Notes: generated by a model not told the origin, from the letters alone. Shown: positions 1-10,343, counted from the stretch's first letter. The stretch is DNA of 64,000 nt from an uncultured Chloroflexia bacterium (GCA_963726245.1 CAVSBT010000017.1:64001-128000), one strand, 5' to 3'. A program made the numbers and translations.

Positions 1-14
1 GGCAGCCAAAGGAG

Positions 15-42
15 GCGGACGGAGCTGAAGCTCCGTCCTTAC
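15..42. repeat. REP-like palindrome, family A (consensus GTAAGGACGGAGCTTYAGCTCCGTCCGC), reverse orientation
   Basis: gcggacggagctgaagctccgtccttac; the same element recurs at 2541, 2585, 12460 and 36818. Confidence 0.8.
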
Positions 43-167
43 GAGGTGGTCGCGCGTGCTATAAGTGCGCCGGCCACGGCGGGCTGCGCCCTTACGAACC
101 GGGCGCGAAGTCGCCCTCGCGAATCTGTCGGGGCCTCAAGCCTCCGACCTACGAGACCGACCTTCGG

Positions 168-197
168 TTGACGCCCTGACGTCTTCCTACCTATACT
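168..197 (+). promoter_or_regulatory. sigma70-type promoter
   Basis: TTGACG (168-173), 18-nt spacer, TATACT (192-197), upstream of the M16 peptidase. Confidence 0.6.
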
Positions 198-242
198 GAC
201 ATTAAGAGCCTGTGCGCTCGCGCGCGAGCGCTTCCGTTTGTT

Positions 243-262
243 GCCCTTCGGGGCTTTTTATT
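243..262 (+). terminator. intrinsic terminator-like hairpin inside the 5' leader of the M16 peptidase
   Basis: GCCC-TTCG-GGGC followed by TTTTTATT; the stem is short. Confidence 0.4.
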
Positions 263-326
263 GTGTCTGCCGGTGACGGGCCACGGGCAAACCCGCTCAC
301 AGGCATATCAGGGTTGGGGTGAAAGC

Positions 327-1601
327 ATGACGCTATCATGGCAGACCGGCGTGCTGGAGAACGGCCTGCAGGTCGTTACTACCCCCCTGCCGACGGCTCA
401 GTCGGTCAGCGTGAACATCTTCGTGGGCGTCGGCTCCCGGGGCGAGGACCGGCGCCGCAACGGCCTCTCCCACTACCTGGAGCACATGCTCTTCAAGGGC
501 AGCCGGAAGCGTCCCAGCACCATGGCCATCGCCGAGGCCGTCGAAGGGGCGGGCGGCGTCCTCAATGCCTTCACTATGGAGGAACTCACCTGCTACTGGA
601 ACCACCTCCCCTACGACCGCCTGGACCTGGCTATGGACGTGCTGGCCGACATGGTGGCCGCCCCGCTCCTGGACGCAGCGGAGATCGACCGCGAGCGCAC
701 GGTGGTGCAGCAGGAGATCAAGCGCGCCTACGACCAGCCGTCGGCGTGGGCCGGCGAGCTGCTCTCCCGCGCCTCCTACGGCGACCAGCCCATAGGCTGG
801 CCCGTCGCCGGCACGGAGGAGACGGTCGGAGCCCTTCAGCGCCAGGACTTCCTGGAGCACGTGCAGACTTGGTACGTCCCCAACGACATGGTGCTCAGCG
901 TCGCCGGCAACACCAACCACGAGCAGGTGATGGAGGCGGCGCGCCGCTACCTGGGCTCCCTGGAGAAGCGGCCCGTTCCCGCCTTCGAGCCTGCACGGCA
1001 CGAGGTGCCCCAGGAGCGGGTGCTGGTGGAGAAGCGTGACATCGCCCAGTCCAACCTGGCTCTCGCCCTGCGCGCCCTCTCCCGCACCGACCCCGACCGA
1101 TACGCCCTCCTGATCCTGAACAGCATCCTCGGCCGGGGCATGAGCTCCCGCCTCTTCAAGGAGGTGCGAGAACGCCGCGGCCTCGCCTACGCCGTCGGCT
1201 CCGGCCTCAGCCGCCACAACGACACCGGCCTCCTCTCGATCTTCGCCGGCGTTAGCCCGGAGAACCTCCACGAGGCGACCCGGGTGATCGTGGACGAGGT
1301 CTTCAGGCTCTGTGAAGAGCCGGTGCCGGAGGAGGAGATGGCCAAAGCGCGGGACTACTCGGTGGGCACCTTCCGCCTCAGCCTCGAGACGCCCATGGCC
1401 CTGGCCCGGCGCGCCGGCGAGAACCTGCTCACGACCGGCGAGATTGAGCCCATCGATGAGGTGGTGGCGAAGCTGGAGGCGGTGAGCGCCGGCGACGTGA
1501 TGAAGGTGGCGCGCCGCCTCTTCCGCCGCGACGGCGTATCGGCGGCGGCGGTGGGCCCCGGCGTCGACCAGGAGGAGCTGGCGGCCCTGCTGGCGGCCTA
1601 G
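327..1601 (+). CDS. M16 family (pitrilysin/insulinase-like) zinc peptidase
   Basis: Inverted zinc motif HYLEH in 'GLSHYLEHMLFKGS'; 'SSRLFKEVRERRGLAY'; ATG at 327 chosen as start. Confidence 0.93.
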   Translation: MTLSWQTGVLENGLQVVTTPLPTAQSVSVNIFVGVGSRGEDRRRNGLSHYLEHMLFKGSRKRPSTMAIAEAVEGAGGVLNAFTMEELTCYWNHLPYDRLDLAMDVLADMVAAPLLDAAEIDRERTVVQQEIKRAYDQPSAWAGELLSRASYGDQPIGWPVAGTEETVGALQRQDFLEHVQTWYVPNDMVLSVAGNTNHEQVMEAARRYLGSLEKRPVPAFEPARHEVPQERVLVEKRDIAQSNLALALRALSRTDPDRYALLILNSILGRGMSSRLFKEVRERRGLAYAVGSGLSRHNDTGLLSIFAGVSPENLHEATRVIVDEVFRLCEEPVPEEEMAKARDYSVGTFRLSLETPMALARRAGENLLTTGEIEPIDEVVAKLEAVSAGDVMKVARRLFRRDGVSAAAVGPGVDQEELAALLAA

Positions 1602-1609
1602 GAGCGCCT

Positions 1610-2497
1610 TTGAACCTCTACCGCAGCCTCATCTTCGTGCCCGGCATCCGGGAGAACATGATCGAGAAGGCTCAGGCCCTCGACGCCGACGTTATCGTCC
1701 TCGACCTGGAGGACTCGGTGCCGCCGGCTGAGAAGGAGCAGGCGCGGCAGATCGTGCGCAAAGCCGTCCCTACGCTGGCCGCCCTCGGTCACACCGTGCA
1801 CGTCCGCGTCAACCCCATCGGCAGCGGCCTGACCCGCGATGACCTGGCGGCCGTGGTCTGCCCCGAGCTCTCGGGTCTCGGCCTGCCCAAGGCGGAGTCG
1901 GCCCAGGACGTGCGCGACATCGACGTCCTCATCCGGGAGCAGGAGCTGGAGCACGGCGTGAAGCCGGGCGCGATAGCCTTGATCCCCGCCATCGAGTCGG
2001 CCCGCGGCGTCCTCCGCTGCGAGGAGATCACCCGCGCCTCGACGCGCCTCACCGCCATCGCCCTCGGCGCCGACGACTACACCGCCGACCTCGGCGTGCA
2101 CCGCACCCGCGAGGGCCGCGAGCTGGACTACGCCCGCCAGGTGATGGTGGTCTGCACCCGCGCCGCCGACATCGTGGCGCTGGACAGCCCCTTCGCCGAC
2201 TTCCGGGACGAGGAAGGGCTGGTGCGGGAATCGGAGTGGGTGCGTTCGTTGGGCTTCAAGGGGAAGTACCTCATCCATCCCGGCCAGGTCGGGCCTGTGA
2301 ACCGCGTCTTCCGACCCGGCGAGGAAGAGGTTGCCTACGCCCGCCGTGTCGTGGAGGCCTTCGAGGAAGCGGTTGCTCGGGGCCACGGCGCGGTGCAGGT
2401 GGACGGCCGCATGGTGGACGCGCCGGTGGCCAAACGCGCCCGGGCGCTCATTGCGCTGGCCGAGGCCATCGAAGCCCGGGAGCGGTCCCACCGGTAA
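1610..2497 (+). CDS. citE: CitE-like (HpcH/HpaI aldolase/citrate lyase beta) CoA-ester lyase
   Basis: 'RSLIFVPG', 'DLEDSV', 'VRVN', 'LGFKGKYLIHPGQV', 'VDGRMVDAPV'. Confidence 0.88.
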   Translation: MNLYRSLIFVPGIRENMIEKAQALDADVIVLDLEDSVPPAEKEQARQIVRKAVPTLAALGHTVHVRVNPIGSGLTRDDLAAVVCPELSGLGLPKAESAQDVRDIDVLIREQELEHGVKPGAIALIPAIESARGVLRCEEITRASTRLTAIALGADDYTADLGVHRTREGRELDYARQVMVVCTRAADIVALDSPFADFRDEEGLVRESEWVRSLGFKGKYLIHPGQVGPVNRVFRPGEEEVAYARRVVEAFEEAVARGHGAVQVDGRMVDAPVAKRARALIALAEAIEARERSHR

Positions 2498-2540
2498 GGG
2501 CTTGTCGGAACGCAGCCATCAACGAGATGACTTACTTGCA

Positions 2541-2612
2541 GTAAGGACGGAGCTTCAGCTCCGTCCGTCTCCTTCGGCTGTCTTGCGGACGGAGCTAAAG
2601 CTCCGTCCTTAC
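2541..2612. repeat. inverted REP doublet (REPIN-like), family A
   Basis: gtaaggacggagcttcagctccgtccg (2541-2567) and gcggacggagctaaagctccgtccttac (2585-2612), between convergent genes. Confidence 0.85.
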
Positions 2613-2711
2613 GTCTGGCGACCGCCCGTTGCGGCCAATCTGTGCCTGTCTGTGTCCATCTGTGGCTGACGGTCTATCGAACCAGCTATGGAAGGCGCGA
2701 CGCTGCGTGCC

Positions 2712-3566
2712 TCAGCGGGCGCCGAGGTCCGCCGCCCACCAGTCGCCGAAGCTGCTGCTGCTCAGGTAGTAGTAACCGGCTCCGATCTCCCTGTAGGCCG
2801 GGTCCAGAAGGCGGGCCCGGTGGTCGGGATCGGCCAGCCATCCTGCGACAGCCTCCTCCGGGCTTGCGTACCCTGCCGCGACGACCTCCCCAAGGGTAGT
2901 CCAGCCGCCGTAACCGGCTGCCCGCACGCGCGCCGTCATCGTCGACCCGTCTGGAGCCGTGTGACTTAGGCGGCCGGCCTCGGCCATGGCGCAGGCCTGC
3001 CGCTGGGCGGCCTCCATGAGGCTCGGCGCCGGTGAGAGAGGCGCCAGGCCCTCCTCTCGGCGGGCAGCGTTTATCAGCTCGACCACGCGGCTGACGAAGG
3101 CCGCGTTCCCGCTGACGATGACGGGGGACGGAGTCGGGCCGGGCGCCTTCGCCGGCTCAGGCGCAGGAGCCGCCGCCTCCGGTGGAGAAGTGGACGGCTC
3201 AAACGCGGACAGCACCGCCTCTTCCGGAGAAGGGGCCGGCTCTGGGGACGCCGCCGGCAGCTCCTGTGCGGGAACCTCAGCCGGCAGCGATGCAGGCGTG
3301 GGGAGCGGTGGTGCTGGCGTGTCGGCGGCGAGTTTGCCCTTGACGGTAGCGGCCATCGCCGCCGCGCGGGCGTCCGATGATGGCCGCTTAGGCGATTCCG
3401 AGCAGGCGGCAAGGAGAACTGTGCCGGACAGGCAGGCCGCCGCGACGAGAGGGAGGATGATTCTGCGGAGCCAGGCAGACCGGCCTATCTGCCCTCCGCG
3501 ACGGGCCTGACGGGAAAGAGAATCCAGCATCCTGCTGTCGGTTTCTCCAGTCGGTCGCTCCGGCAC
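2712..3566 (-). CDS. CAP/SCP domain lipoprotein with Pro/Ala-rich linker
   Basis: Lipobox LLAAC; 'VVELINAARREEGLAPL', 'GEVVAAGYASPEEAVAGWLADPDHRARLL'; start uncertain. Confidence 0.85.
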   Translation of the reverse strand: MPERPTGETDSRMLDSLSRQARRGGQIGRSAWLRRIILPLVAAACLSGTVLLAACSESPKRPSSDARAAAMAATVKGKLAADTPAPPLPTPASLPAEVPAQELPAASPEPAPSPEEAVLSAFEPSTSPPEAAAPAPEPAKAPGPTPSPVIVSGNAAFVSRVVELINAARREEGLAPLSPAPSLMEAAQRQACAMAEAGRLSHTAPDGSTMTARVRAAGYGGWTTLGEVVAAGYASPEEAVAGWLADPDHRARLLDPAYREIGAGYYYLSSSSFGDWWAADLGAR

Positions 3567-3663
3567 CCGACAGTGCCCCTCGCCCGGTCGCAGTTTACAG
3601 GCGAATGGCGCGCACGTAAAGCCAGGTCCTTTGAGGCGGCCGGTCCGGGTAGGGGAAGTCCGC

Positions 3664-3720
3664 GTAGAGGAAGGCTTCAGCCTTCCACAGAGGCCGTGGA
3701 GGGCTAGAGCCCTCCGCTAC
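3664..3720. repeat. REP-like doublet with GTAG/CTAC ends
   Basis: gtagaggaaggcttcagccttcc ... ggagggctagagccctccgctac. Confidence 0.55.
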
Positions 3721-4612
3721 GCGCATGGCCTTCGGAGGGAGGGCTCGTCCACATTTTGGCAAGGGCGCGGCCGTCCCGCCGCTCGCTCGTCAAGCGTGCG
3801 TCCGTGGCCACGTGGCTCAGGAACCACTGGTAGCGGGCGGGCGAGAGGCCGGCCAGTTGCGACGGGTCATAGAAGAAGAGGGCGAAGGAGTTGGCGTAGT
3901 CCTCCAGGGGGTCTTGGTGAGAGAGGTAGCTCCACACCTTCGGCCCGTCATAGGCGAACCGCAGCTCCGTCTGGTCATGGGCGGCGGCCACCTCGGCATC
4001 GGTGCTGAGGAGCCGCCAGCCGGTGGCCTGCATGAAATCGCGCATCTCCGGCTGGAGGACGACCCAGGCGTAGCGGCCGGCCGGCGTCGATCGCATCTGA
4101 TAGGCGTGGCCCAGCTCATGGAGGACGGTGCGCATCCCCTGGTCAGGGACGAGCACCAACTCGTTGAGGCTGTCGTTGTTGGAGTAGAAGTTGGCGCCGC
4201 TGGGGTAGATGCTCTGGCCGGAGAGGGTGCGTCCGTCCCTGTTGACCAGGATGTTCAGACGGCCGTAGGAAGGGTTGCCCAGGTTGCTGACCACTTGCGG
4301 CGGCAGAAGGGCGAGGGCGTCCATGACCGTCTGAAGGGTCAGCGCATCCCAGGACTGGCCATCGAGGACGATCTCGACGCCGTAACGATCCCGCGCCTCC
4401 GCCTGCAGCGGCAGCGGGTCCCAGGACTGAGTGGCAGGTGCGACTTCGGAGACGTACTGCACGAGCGGCGCTTGCACCGGGCAGGTGGCGGCGACGCCTG
4501 TCACCAGAAGGAGGCAGGACGCCAGGAGCAGCCGTACCGGCAGCCGCCGGCGGGTGGGAGACGGCGACGGCGCCGCCGTCTTCGCAGGCTCTTCGAGCCG
4601 GAAACGTAGCAT
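3704..4612 (-). CDS. exported zinc metallopeptidase-like protein (HExxH)
   Basis: N-terminal hydrophobic segment; 'TVLHELGHAY'; downstream 'DPLEDYANSF' gluzincin-like third-ligand motif. Confidence 0.7.
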   Translation of the reverse strand: MLRFRLEEPAKTAAPSPSPTRRRLPVRLLLASCLLLVTGVAATCPVQAPLVQYVSEVAPATQSWDPLPLQAEARDRYGVEIVLDGQSWDALTLQTVMDALALLPPQVVSNLGNPSYGRLNILVNRDGRTLSGQSIYPSGANFYSNNDSLNELVLVPDQGMRTVLHELGHAYQMRSTPAGRYAWVVLQPEMRDFMQATGWRLLSTDAEVAAAHDQTELRFAYDGPKVWSYLSHQDPLEDYANSFALFFYDPSQLAGLSPARYQWFLSHVATDARLTSERRDGRALAKMWTSPPSEGHARSGGL

Positions 4613-4861
4613 GGCCTCACAAGGCGGTGTACAGGGCGGGGATAACAATAACCGGCAACCTCTGTTGCCGGTTTCACCCTGGCTGGCCCGTGGACGGGCC
4701 CGACCGAAGCCCCGGTGACCATGTTCGGCGCCCTCTGGTGTGGTCCGCCACGAGAATAGGACTGCCTGTGGCGGGGGAGGGCCGCGGGCCTCGGCTTAGC
4801 GCCTCAACAGAAGAACCAGTCTTCTATATGATCTAACTCCGGAAAGGCGCGGATATAACAG

Positions 4862-5394
4862 TTAACCCACATCGCCATGTATCTGACCCAGGTGCCGTAG
4901 CTCCTCCCGCGCCTCGGCGGCGATGCGACGGTGCCGCGCCAGGAGAAGCCGCTTCGTGCGTCTCGATGAGCGCCAGCCGCTGCGGCGAGAGAAGGCCGCT
5001 GGGAGGCCAGCTCGATCACCTCGTCCTCGTCCTCGGTCCAGGCGCGCCCCGACGGGTTCGCCCAAACGTCCAGCGCCAGGTCCAGATACTCGACGCGCCC
5101 CGGCCGCAGCCGCACCTCGTCCACGACGTCGAAACGGTGGGCGATGAGCCCGCCGTCGGGGCCGTGGAGCACGTACAGCAGGTAGTGCCTCCGCGACCAG
5201 AAGAAGCCGTAGGTTCGGCTCCCGGCCGGAAACAGGAAGCCCCCGGCCCGGCGCTCGCCGGGGTGAGGGAAGAGCAGTACGGCGAGGCGCGGGCTCATGT
5301 GCAGAGCGCGGCAAGGGAAGGTCTCCTGGCCTCCTCGCGGGAAGCGCTTGACCTCCAGGACCTCTGAACCTGCGGCCGATTCTGGACGCTTCAT
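4862..5394 (-). CDS. DUF402-like protein (frameshift near 4995)
   Basis: 'VEYLDLALDVWANPSG...EDEDE' motif; the C-terminus continues in a second frame. Confidence 0.65.
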
Positions 5395-5466
5395 GGCTCA
5401 AGTGCTATGCTGCGGCCGCCTCTCGGGCTGGACGCCCGAGCGGCCCGCAGCACAAAGGAGAGCGCC

Positions 5467-6258
5467 ATGCCGGACTTCGAGAACGTCATATATGAGAGGA
5501 ACGGCAGGATCGCCGTCATCACCATCAACCGCCCGCAGCGGATGAACGCCATTGACCCCCAGACGAGCCGCGAGCTCCGCGAGGTCTGGTCCGACTTCCG
5601 GGACGACAACGAGCTCTGGGTGGCGATATTCACCGGCGCCGGCGAGCGCGCCTTCTCGACCGGCCTGGACCTGGTAGCGACGGCCCAGGCGTTCACCAGC
5701 GGCGTCGTGGGCGGGATGCAGTTCGGGGTGCCCTTCGGCGGCATCACCCGCGACTTCGAAGTCTTCAAGCCGACGATCGCCGCGATCAACGGCCACTGCC
5801 TGGCCGGCGGCCTGGAGATGGCCCTCTGCTGCGACATCCGCATCGCCGCCGAGAACGCCACCTTCGGCCTGATGGAGGTGACGCGGGCCATCATCCCCGG
5901 CGCGGGCGGCACCCAGCGTCTGCCGCGGGCCATCGGCCTCCCGAAAGCACTGGAGCTCATCATTACGGGCCGCCGCATCGACGCCCAGGCGGCGCTGGGC
6001 TTTGGCCTGGTGAGCCAGGTGGTGCCCCTGCCGGAGCTCATGTCCAATGCCATGGCTCTGGCCGAGCTGATCTGCCAGAATGGGCCCCTGGCCGTCCGGA
6101 TGGCCAAGGAGGCGGCCTGTCGCGGCTACGAGATGACCCTGGAGCAGGGCCTGGCGGTGGAGGCCAAGCTCTCCGACGAGGTCTGGCGCACAGAGGACGC
6201 CCGCGAGGGGCCCTCGGCCTTCGCCGAGAAACGGAAGCCGCAGTACAAGGGCCGGTGA
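5467..6258 (+). CDS. enoyl-CoA hydratase/crotonase family protein
   Basis: 'ITINRPQRMNA', 'AFSTGLDL', 'AAINGHCLAGGLEMALCCDIRIA', 'PGAGGTQRLPR'; AAGGAG RBS. Confidence 0.93.
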   Translation: MPDFENVIYERNGRIAVITINRPQRMNAIDPQTSRELREVWSDFRDDNELWVAIFTGAGERAFSTGLDLVATAQAFTSGVVGGMQFGVPFGGITRDFEVFKPTIAAINGHCLAGGLEMALCCDIRIAAENATFGLMEVTRAIIPGAGGTQRLPRAIGLPKALELIITGRRIDAQAALGFGLVSQVVPLPELMSNAMALAELICQNGPLAVRMAKEAACRGYEMTLEQGLAVEAKLSDEVWRTEDAREGPSAFAEKRKPQYKGR

Positions 6259-6301
6259 GCTGGCTGCCCGCCGCAAGGCGGGCCTGCCCGTCTGCCCGGG
6301 C

Positions 6302-6841
6302 CTACCCATCATCGGCGGCACGGCGCACGTTGCCCTGCAGGTCGCTGTGGTAGACGTACTCGCCGCCCCGGGTTCCCAGGACGACACGAAAACCCGGGGT
6401 GATCACCTCGGCGCAGACCTCGTGGTCGCCGGCCGCACCCAGGCAGGCATCCGGCCACTCGACGCGTTCAACTTGCTCCACCGACACCTGGGCCTCGGGC
6501 ACCCCCAGACTGTCCGAAAGCTGGCGCCGGGCCTCATCGAGGGCCAGCGGGCCCCAGGTGAGCCAGCGCCCGCCGGAGCGCGTCAGCACCTCCCACTCCT
6601 TGCCGCCGGAGCGGAGCCGGAACACGTCGACCGCGCCCTCCGGGGTCTCGCCGCTCCCGGCACTCTCCACCTCCGAAGCGGAGAGTGAGCCCAGAGGCCG
6701 GCTGCCCGTGGATCGGTAGGAAGCCCCCTCGAAGACCAGGCCGGCTTTGTCCGTGGGCGTGCCGGACGGGGTCAGGGCGCCGCCGCCGCAGGCAGCGAAC
6801 GGCAGAGCCAGAAGCAACATGAGAAAGACCGACCAGCGCAC
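6302..6841 (-). CDS. hypothetical lipoprotein
   Basis: Signal peptide with lipobox FAAC; C-terminal 'VEWPDACLG...CAEVITPGF' motif. Confidence 0.7.
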   Translation of the reverse strand: MRWSVFLMLLLALPFAACGGGALTPSGTPTDKAGLVFEGASYRSTGSRPLGSLSASEVESAGSGETPEGAVDVFRLRSGGKEWEVLTRSGGRWLTWGPLALDEARRQLSDSLGVPEAQVSVEQVERVEWPDACLGAAGDHEVCAEVITPGFRVVLGTRGGEYVYHSDLQGNVRRAADDG

Positions 6842-7009
6842 GAGCCGCCTCCGCTGCGGATTTGCCCACCGACCTCATCTTAGACGATTCCGCCGTCGCT
6901 CGTCTCTCGCTGCTTCCCGCCTCGCCTTCGATCTGTTATACTCGCGCCGGACTATTAGAGAAGGAGTGAGCGGCCGCGCGCCCGGCCAGGGTCGGGACGG
7001 CCGTTATTC

Positions 7010-8332
7010 ATGCCGGTCATTGTCGTCATAGGCGGTCAGTGGGGCGACGAGGGCAAGGGGCGCATGGTGGACCTCCTGGCCCGCAACGCCTCCGTGGTGG
7101 TGCGCTACTCGGCGGGGAACAACGCCGGTCACACCGTGGTCACCGACCAGGGTATCTTCCGGCTTCACGTGGTGCCGGCAGGCATCTTCTACCCCGATAA
7201 GGTCTGTCTCATCGGCAACGGCGTTGTCGTCGACCCTCAGGTCCTGCTCGAGGAGATCGAATCTCTGGAGGCGCAGGGGGTCAGCACCAAGAACCTCTTC
7301 GTCAGCGACCGCGCGCACGTCATCATGCCCTACCACCTGCTCATAGACCGGCTGGACGAGGAGCTCCGGGGTCCGGCGGCCATCGGCACCACCCATCGAG
7401 GCGTAGGCCCGGCCTTCGTGGACAAGGTGGGGCGCGTCGGCATCCGCATGACGGACCTCATCCGGCCGGAGGTATTCCGCGAACGGCTGTCGCTCATCCT
7501 CCCTTACAAGAACGCCTTCCTATCGAAGCTCTACGGCGACCGGCCCCTGGAGTTCAAGGAGGTGTTCGAGCCCTACTCCGACTACGGCCGCCGGCTCGCG
7601 CCCTTCGTCCGCGACACGATGGCCATGGTGCAGGAGGCGCTGGACAGGGGCCAGACGGTGCTCCTGGAGGGTGCCCAGGGCAGCCTGCTCGACCTGGACT
7701 CCGGCACCTACGAGTACGTCACCTCCTCCGTGCCCTCCTCGACGGCGGCGGGCGCCGCCATCGGCATCGGCATCGGGCCTACGGCCGTCACGAAGGTGGT
7801 GGGCGTGTACAAGGCCTACAACACCCGCGTCGGGAACGGCCCCATGCCCACGGAGCTGGTGGACGAGAACGGCGAGGTGCTGCCCGAGGGCATCCAAATC
7901 CGGGACCGCGGCAAGGAGCGGGGCTTCGGCGAGTACGGCGCCACCACGGGTCGCCCGCGCCGCTGCGGCTGGTTCGACGCCGTGGCCGCCCGCTACACTG
8001 CCCGCCTCAACGGCCTGAGCGCCGCCCTTCTCACGAGGCTCGACGTGCTGGACTCCTTCAAGTCCCTCAAGATCTGCACCGGCTATCAGATCGACGGGAC
8101 GGCGGTGCAGGGCTTCCCGGCGAGCACGTGGGATCTTGCCCGCTGCGAGCCGATCTACGTCGAGGTGCCGGGGTGGGAGCAGGATACGGCCGCGGCCCGT
8201 CGCTTCGATGACCTGCCGGTGGCCGCTCAGGCCTACGTGCGCCGCATCGAGAGCCTCATCGGTTGCCCCATCGCCATCGTCTCGGTGGGTCCCGAGCGCG
8301 ACCAGGCAATCATCGTCAAGCCCGTCTTCTAG
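7010..8332 (+). CDS. purA: adenylosuccinate synthetase
   Basis: 'GQWGDEGKG', 'NAGHT', 'EGAQGSLLDLDSGTY', 'GATTGRPRRCGWFD'. Confidence 0.98.
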   Translation: MPVIVVIGGQWGDEGKGRMVDLLARNASVVVRYSAGNNAGHTVVTDQGIFRLHVVPAGIFYPDKVCLIGNGVVVDPQVLLEEIESLEAQGVSTKNLFVSDRAHVIMPYHLLIDRLDEELRGPAAIGTTHRGVGPAFVDKVGRVGIRMTDLIRPEVFRERLSLILPYKNAFLSKLYGDRPLEFKEVFEPYSDYGRRLAPFVRDTMAMVQEALDRGQTVLLEGAQGSLLDLDSGTYEYVTSSVPSSTAAGAAIGIGIGPTAVTKVVGVYKAYNTRVGNGPMPTELVDENGEVLPEGIQIRDRGKERGFGEYGATTGRPRRCGWFDAVAARYTARLNGLSAALLTRLDVLDSFKSLKICTGYQIDGTAVQGFPASTWDLARCEPIYVEVPGWEQDTAAARRFDDLPVAAQAYVRRIESLIGCPIAIVSVGPERDQAIIVKPVF

Positions 8333-8378
8333 ACCTCTTCGCCCCCCAGCGGGCCCGTGGTAGCATGGCCCCGTTGCC

Positions 8379-8921
8379 ATGCCAGCATCTCGCCCTGCCG
8401 CCGGCTCCGGCGGTCCCCTGCCCGACTACCTTACCCCCGGCCTCGACCTGGTCTTCGTGGGCATCAACCCTGGGCGGCGTTCGGCCGCCACGGGGCATCA
8501 CTATGCCGGGCCGGGCAATCACTTCTGGCCCCTGCTGCACCAGTCCGGCCTCGTGCCCGAACCCCTGACCTACGAGGACGACCGGCGGGTCACGGAGTTC
8601 GGTATCGGCCTCACCAACCTGGTGGCCCGCCCTTCGCCCTCCATGGACGACCTCTCGCTGGAGGAGATGCGCGAGGGGGCGGCGCGGCTGCGGGAGAAGA
8701 TCATGCGCTACCAGCCGCGCATCGTCTGCTTCAACGGCAAGCGCATCTTCGAGGTGTTTGCCGGTCGCCGCTGCGACCTCGGCCTCCAGCCGGAGCGGGT
8801 GGGGCGCTCACGCCTCTTCGTCATGCCGTCTACCAGCGCCCGGACGGCCAGCTACCAGCGAGAGGACAAGCTCGCCTACTTCCGCCGGCTCCGTGACCTG
8901 CTTGGGGTGAGGGACGGCTAA
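8379..8921 (+). CDS. mug: G/U mismatch-specific DNA glycosylase (Mug/TDG)
   Basis: 'FVGINPG', 'HHYAGPGNHFW', 'MPSTSAR'. Confidence 0.92.
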   Translation: MPASRPAAGSGGPLPDYLTPGLDLVFVGINPGRRSAATGHHYAGPGNHFWPLLHQSGLVPEPLTYEDDRRVTEFGIGLTNLVARPSPSMDDLSLEEMREGAARLREKIMRYQPRIVCFNGKRIFEVFAGRRCDLGLQPERVGRSRLFVMPSTSARTASYQREDKLAYFRRLRDLLGVRDG

Positions 8922-8989
8922 GGCCGAACCACCCGCGGTCGTTGACTGGGATTCGGGACGGGACTTAGAATTGAGCCCTAGGACTACCC

Positions 8990-10312
8990 ATGCTCGAAGC
9001 GTTGACCCAGAAGCTCCAGTCCGCCTTCCAACGGCTTGGCAGCCACGGCACCATCACCGAGAAGGACCTGGACGAAGCCATGCGGGAGGTGCGCATCGCC
9101 CTCCTGGAGGCTGACGTTAACTTCAAGGTGGTGCGCGAGTTCATCGCCGGCGTCCGTGAGCGCGCCCTGGGCGCCGGCGTCCTGCGCAGCCTCACCGGCC
9201 CGCAGCAGGTCATCGCCGTCGTCCAGGAGCAGCTCGTCCACACCCTGGGCGACAGCCACAGCACCCTGAAGCCGGCGCCTCATCCGCCCACCGTGGTCCT
9301 GCTGGTCGGCCTGAAGGGCTCCGGCAAAACCACGACCGCCGCCAAGCTGGCCCTCCACCTCCGCAAGGGCGGAGGGAAGCCCCTGATGCTGGCCGCCGAC
9401 CCTCATCGGATGGCGGCCGGCGAGCAGCTCCAGGCGCTGGGGCGCCAACTGGGCATCCCCGTCTTCGGCGGCGACGGCGCCAGCGACCCCGGCCGACTGG
9501 CGCGCCAGGCGCTGGACGAAGCGCGTCGCCTTGGCGCGACCTTCCTCGTCGTGGATACGGCCGGGCACATGCAGGTAGACCGCGAGATGCTGGCCGAGAC
9601 GGCGGACTTGCAGCGCCACCTCTCTCCCAGCGAGGTCCTGCTGGTGGTGGACGCGATGACCGGCCAGGAAGCCGTCAACGTCGCCCAGGAGTTCCACCAG
9701 GTCCTCGGCGTGACCGGCTTCATCGTCAGCAAGATGGACGGCGATGCCCGAGGCGGCGCCGCCCTCTCCATTCGGGCCGTCACCGGGCTGCCCATCAAGT
9801 TCATCGGCACCGGCGAGAAGACGGACGCGCTGGAGCCGTTCCACCCCGATCGCTTCGCCTCGCGCATCCTCGGCATGGGCGACGTCCTCAGCCTGGTCGA
9901 GAAGGCGCGCGAGATGGTGACCGAGGAAGAGGCGCAGGCGATGCAGCGCAAGCTGCGAACCGGCTCGCTGGACCTCGAGGACTTCCTCCTTCAGCTCCAG
10001 CGGGTGAGGGACATGGGCCCTCTCAGCCAGGTCCTGGAGATGATCCCCGGCCTGGGCGCCGCCCGCCGCCAACTGGCCGACCAGTCCATCGACGAGTCAC
10101 AGCTCAAGAAGGTGGAGGCCATTGTTCGTTCCATGACGCCGCAGGAGCGGCACAGCCCGCAGATAATCGACGGCAGCCGGCGGCGCCGCATCGCCCGCGG
10201 CAGCGGCACCACGCCCCAGGACGTAAACCAGCTCCTGAATCAGTGGCGGCAGGCCAAGAAGCTCATGGAGTCCATGTCCGGCCGGCGGGACATGGCCCGT
10301 CTTCTCCGCTAG
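8990..10312 (+). CDS. ffh: signal recognition particle protein
   Basis: 'ALLEADVN', GSGKTTT, DTAG, 'DGDARGGAALS', M-domain 'SRRRRIARGSG'. Confidence 0.98.
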   Translation: MLEALTQKLQSAFQRLGSHGTITEKDLDEAMREVRIALLEADVNFKVVREFIAGVRERALGAGVLRSLTGPQQVIAVVQEQLVHTLGDSHSTLKPAPHPPTVVLLVGLKGSGKTTTAAKLALHLRKGGGKPLMLAADPHRMAAGEQLQALGRQLGIPVFGGDGASDPGRLARQALDEARRLGATFLVVDTAGHMQVDREMLAETADLQRHLSPSEVLLVVDAMTGQEAVNVAQEFHQVLGVTGFIVSKMDGDARGGAALSIRAVTGLPIKFIGTGEKTDALEPFHPDRFASRILGMGDVLSLVEKAREMVTEEEAQAMQRKLRTGSLDLEDFLLQLQRVRDMGPLSQVLEMIPGLGAARRQLADQSIDESQLKKVEAIVRSMTPQERHSPQIIDGSRRRRIARGSGTTPQDVNQLLNQWRQAKKLMESMSGRRDMARLLR

Positions 10313-10343
10313 ACCCCGACCATCCATCTCTGGAGGTGAGAAC

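Noticed and set aside
281-320. gggcaaaccc as a c-di-GMP-I riboswitch
   Set aside because: The following GNRA-capped P2 stem and GCAAA/P3 elements are missing.
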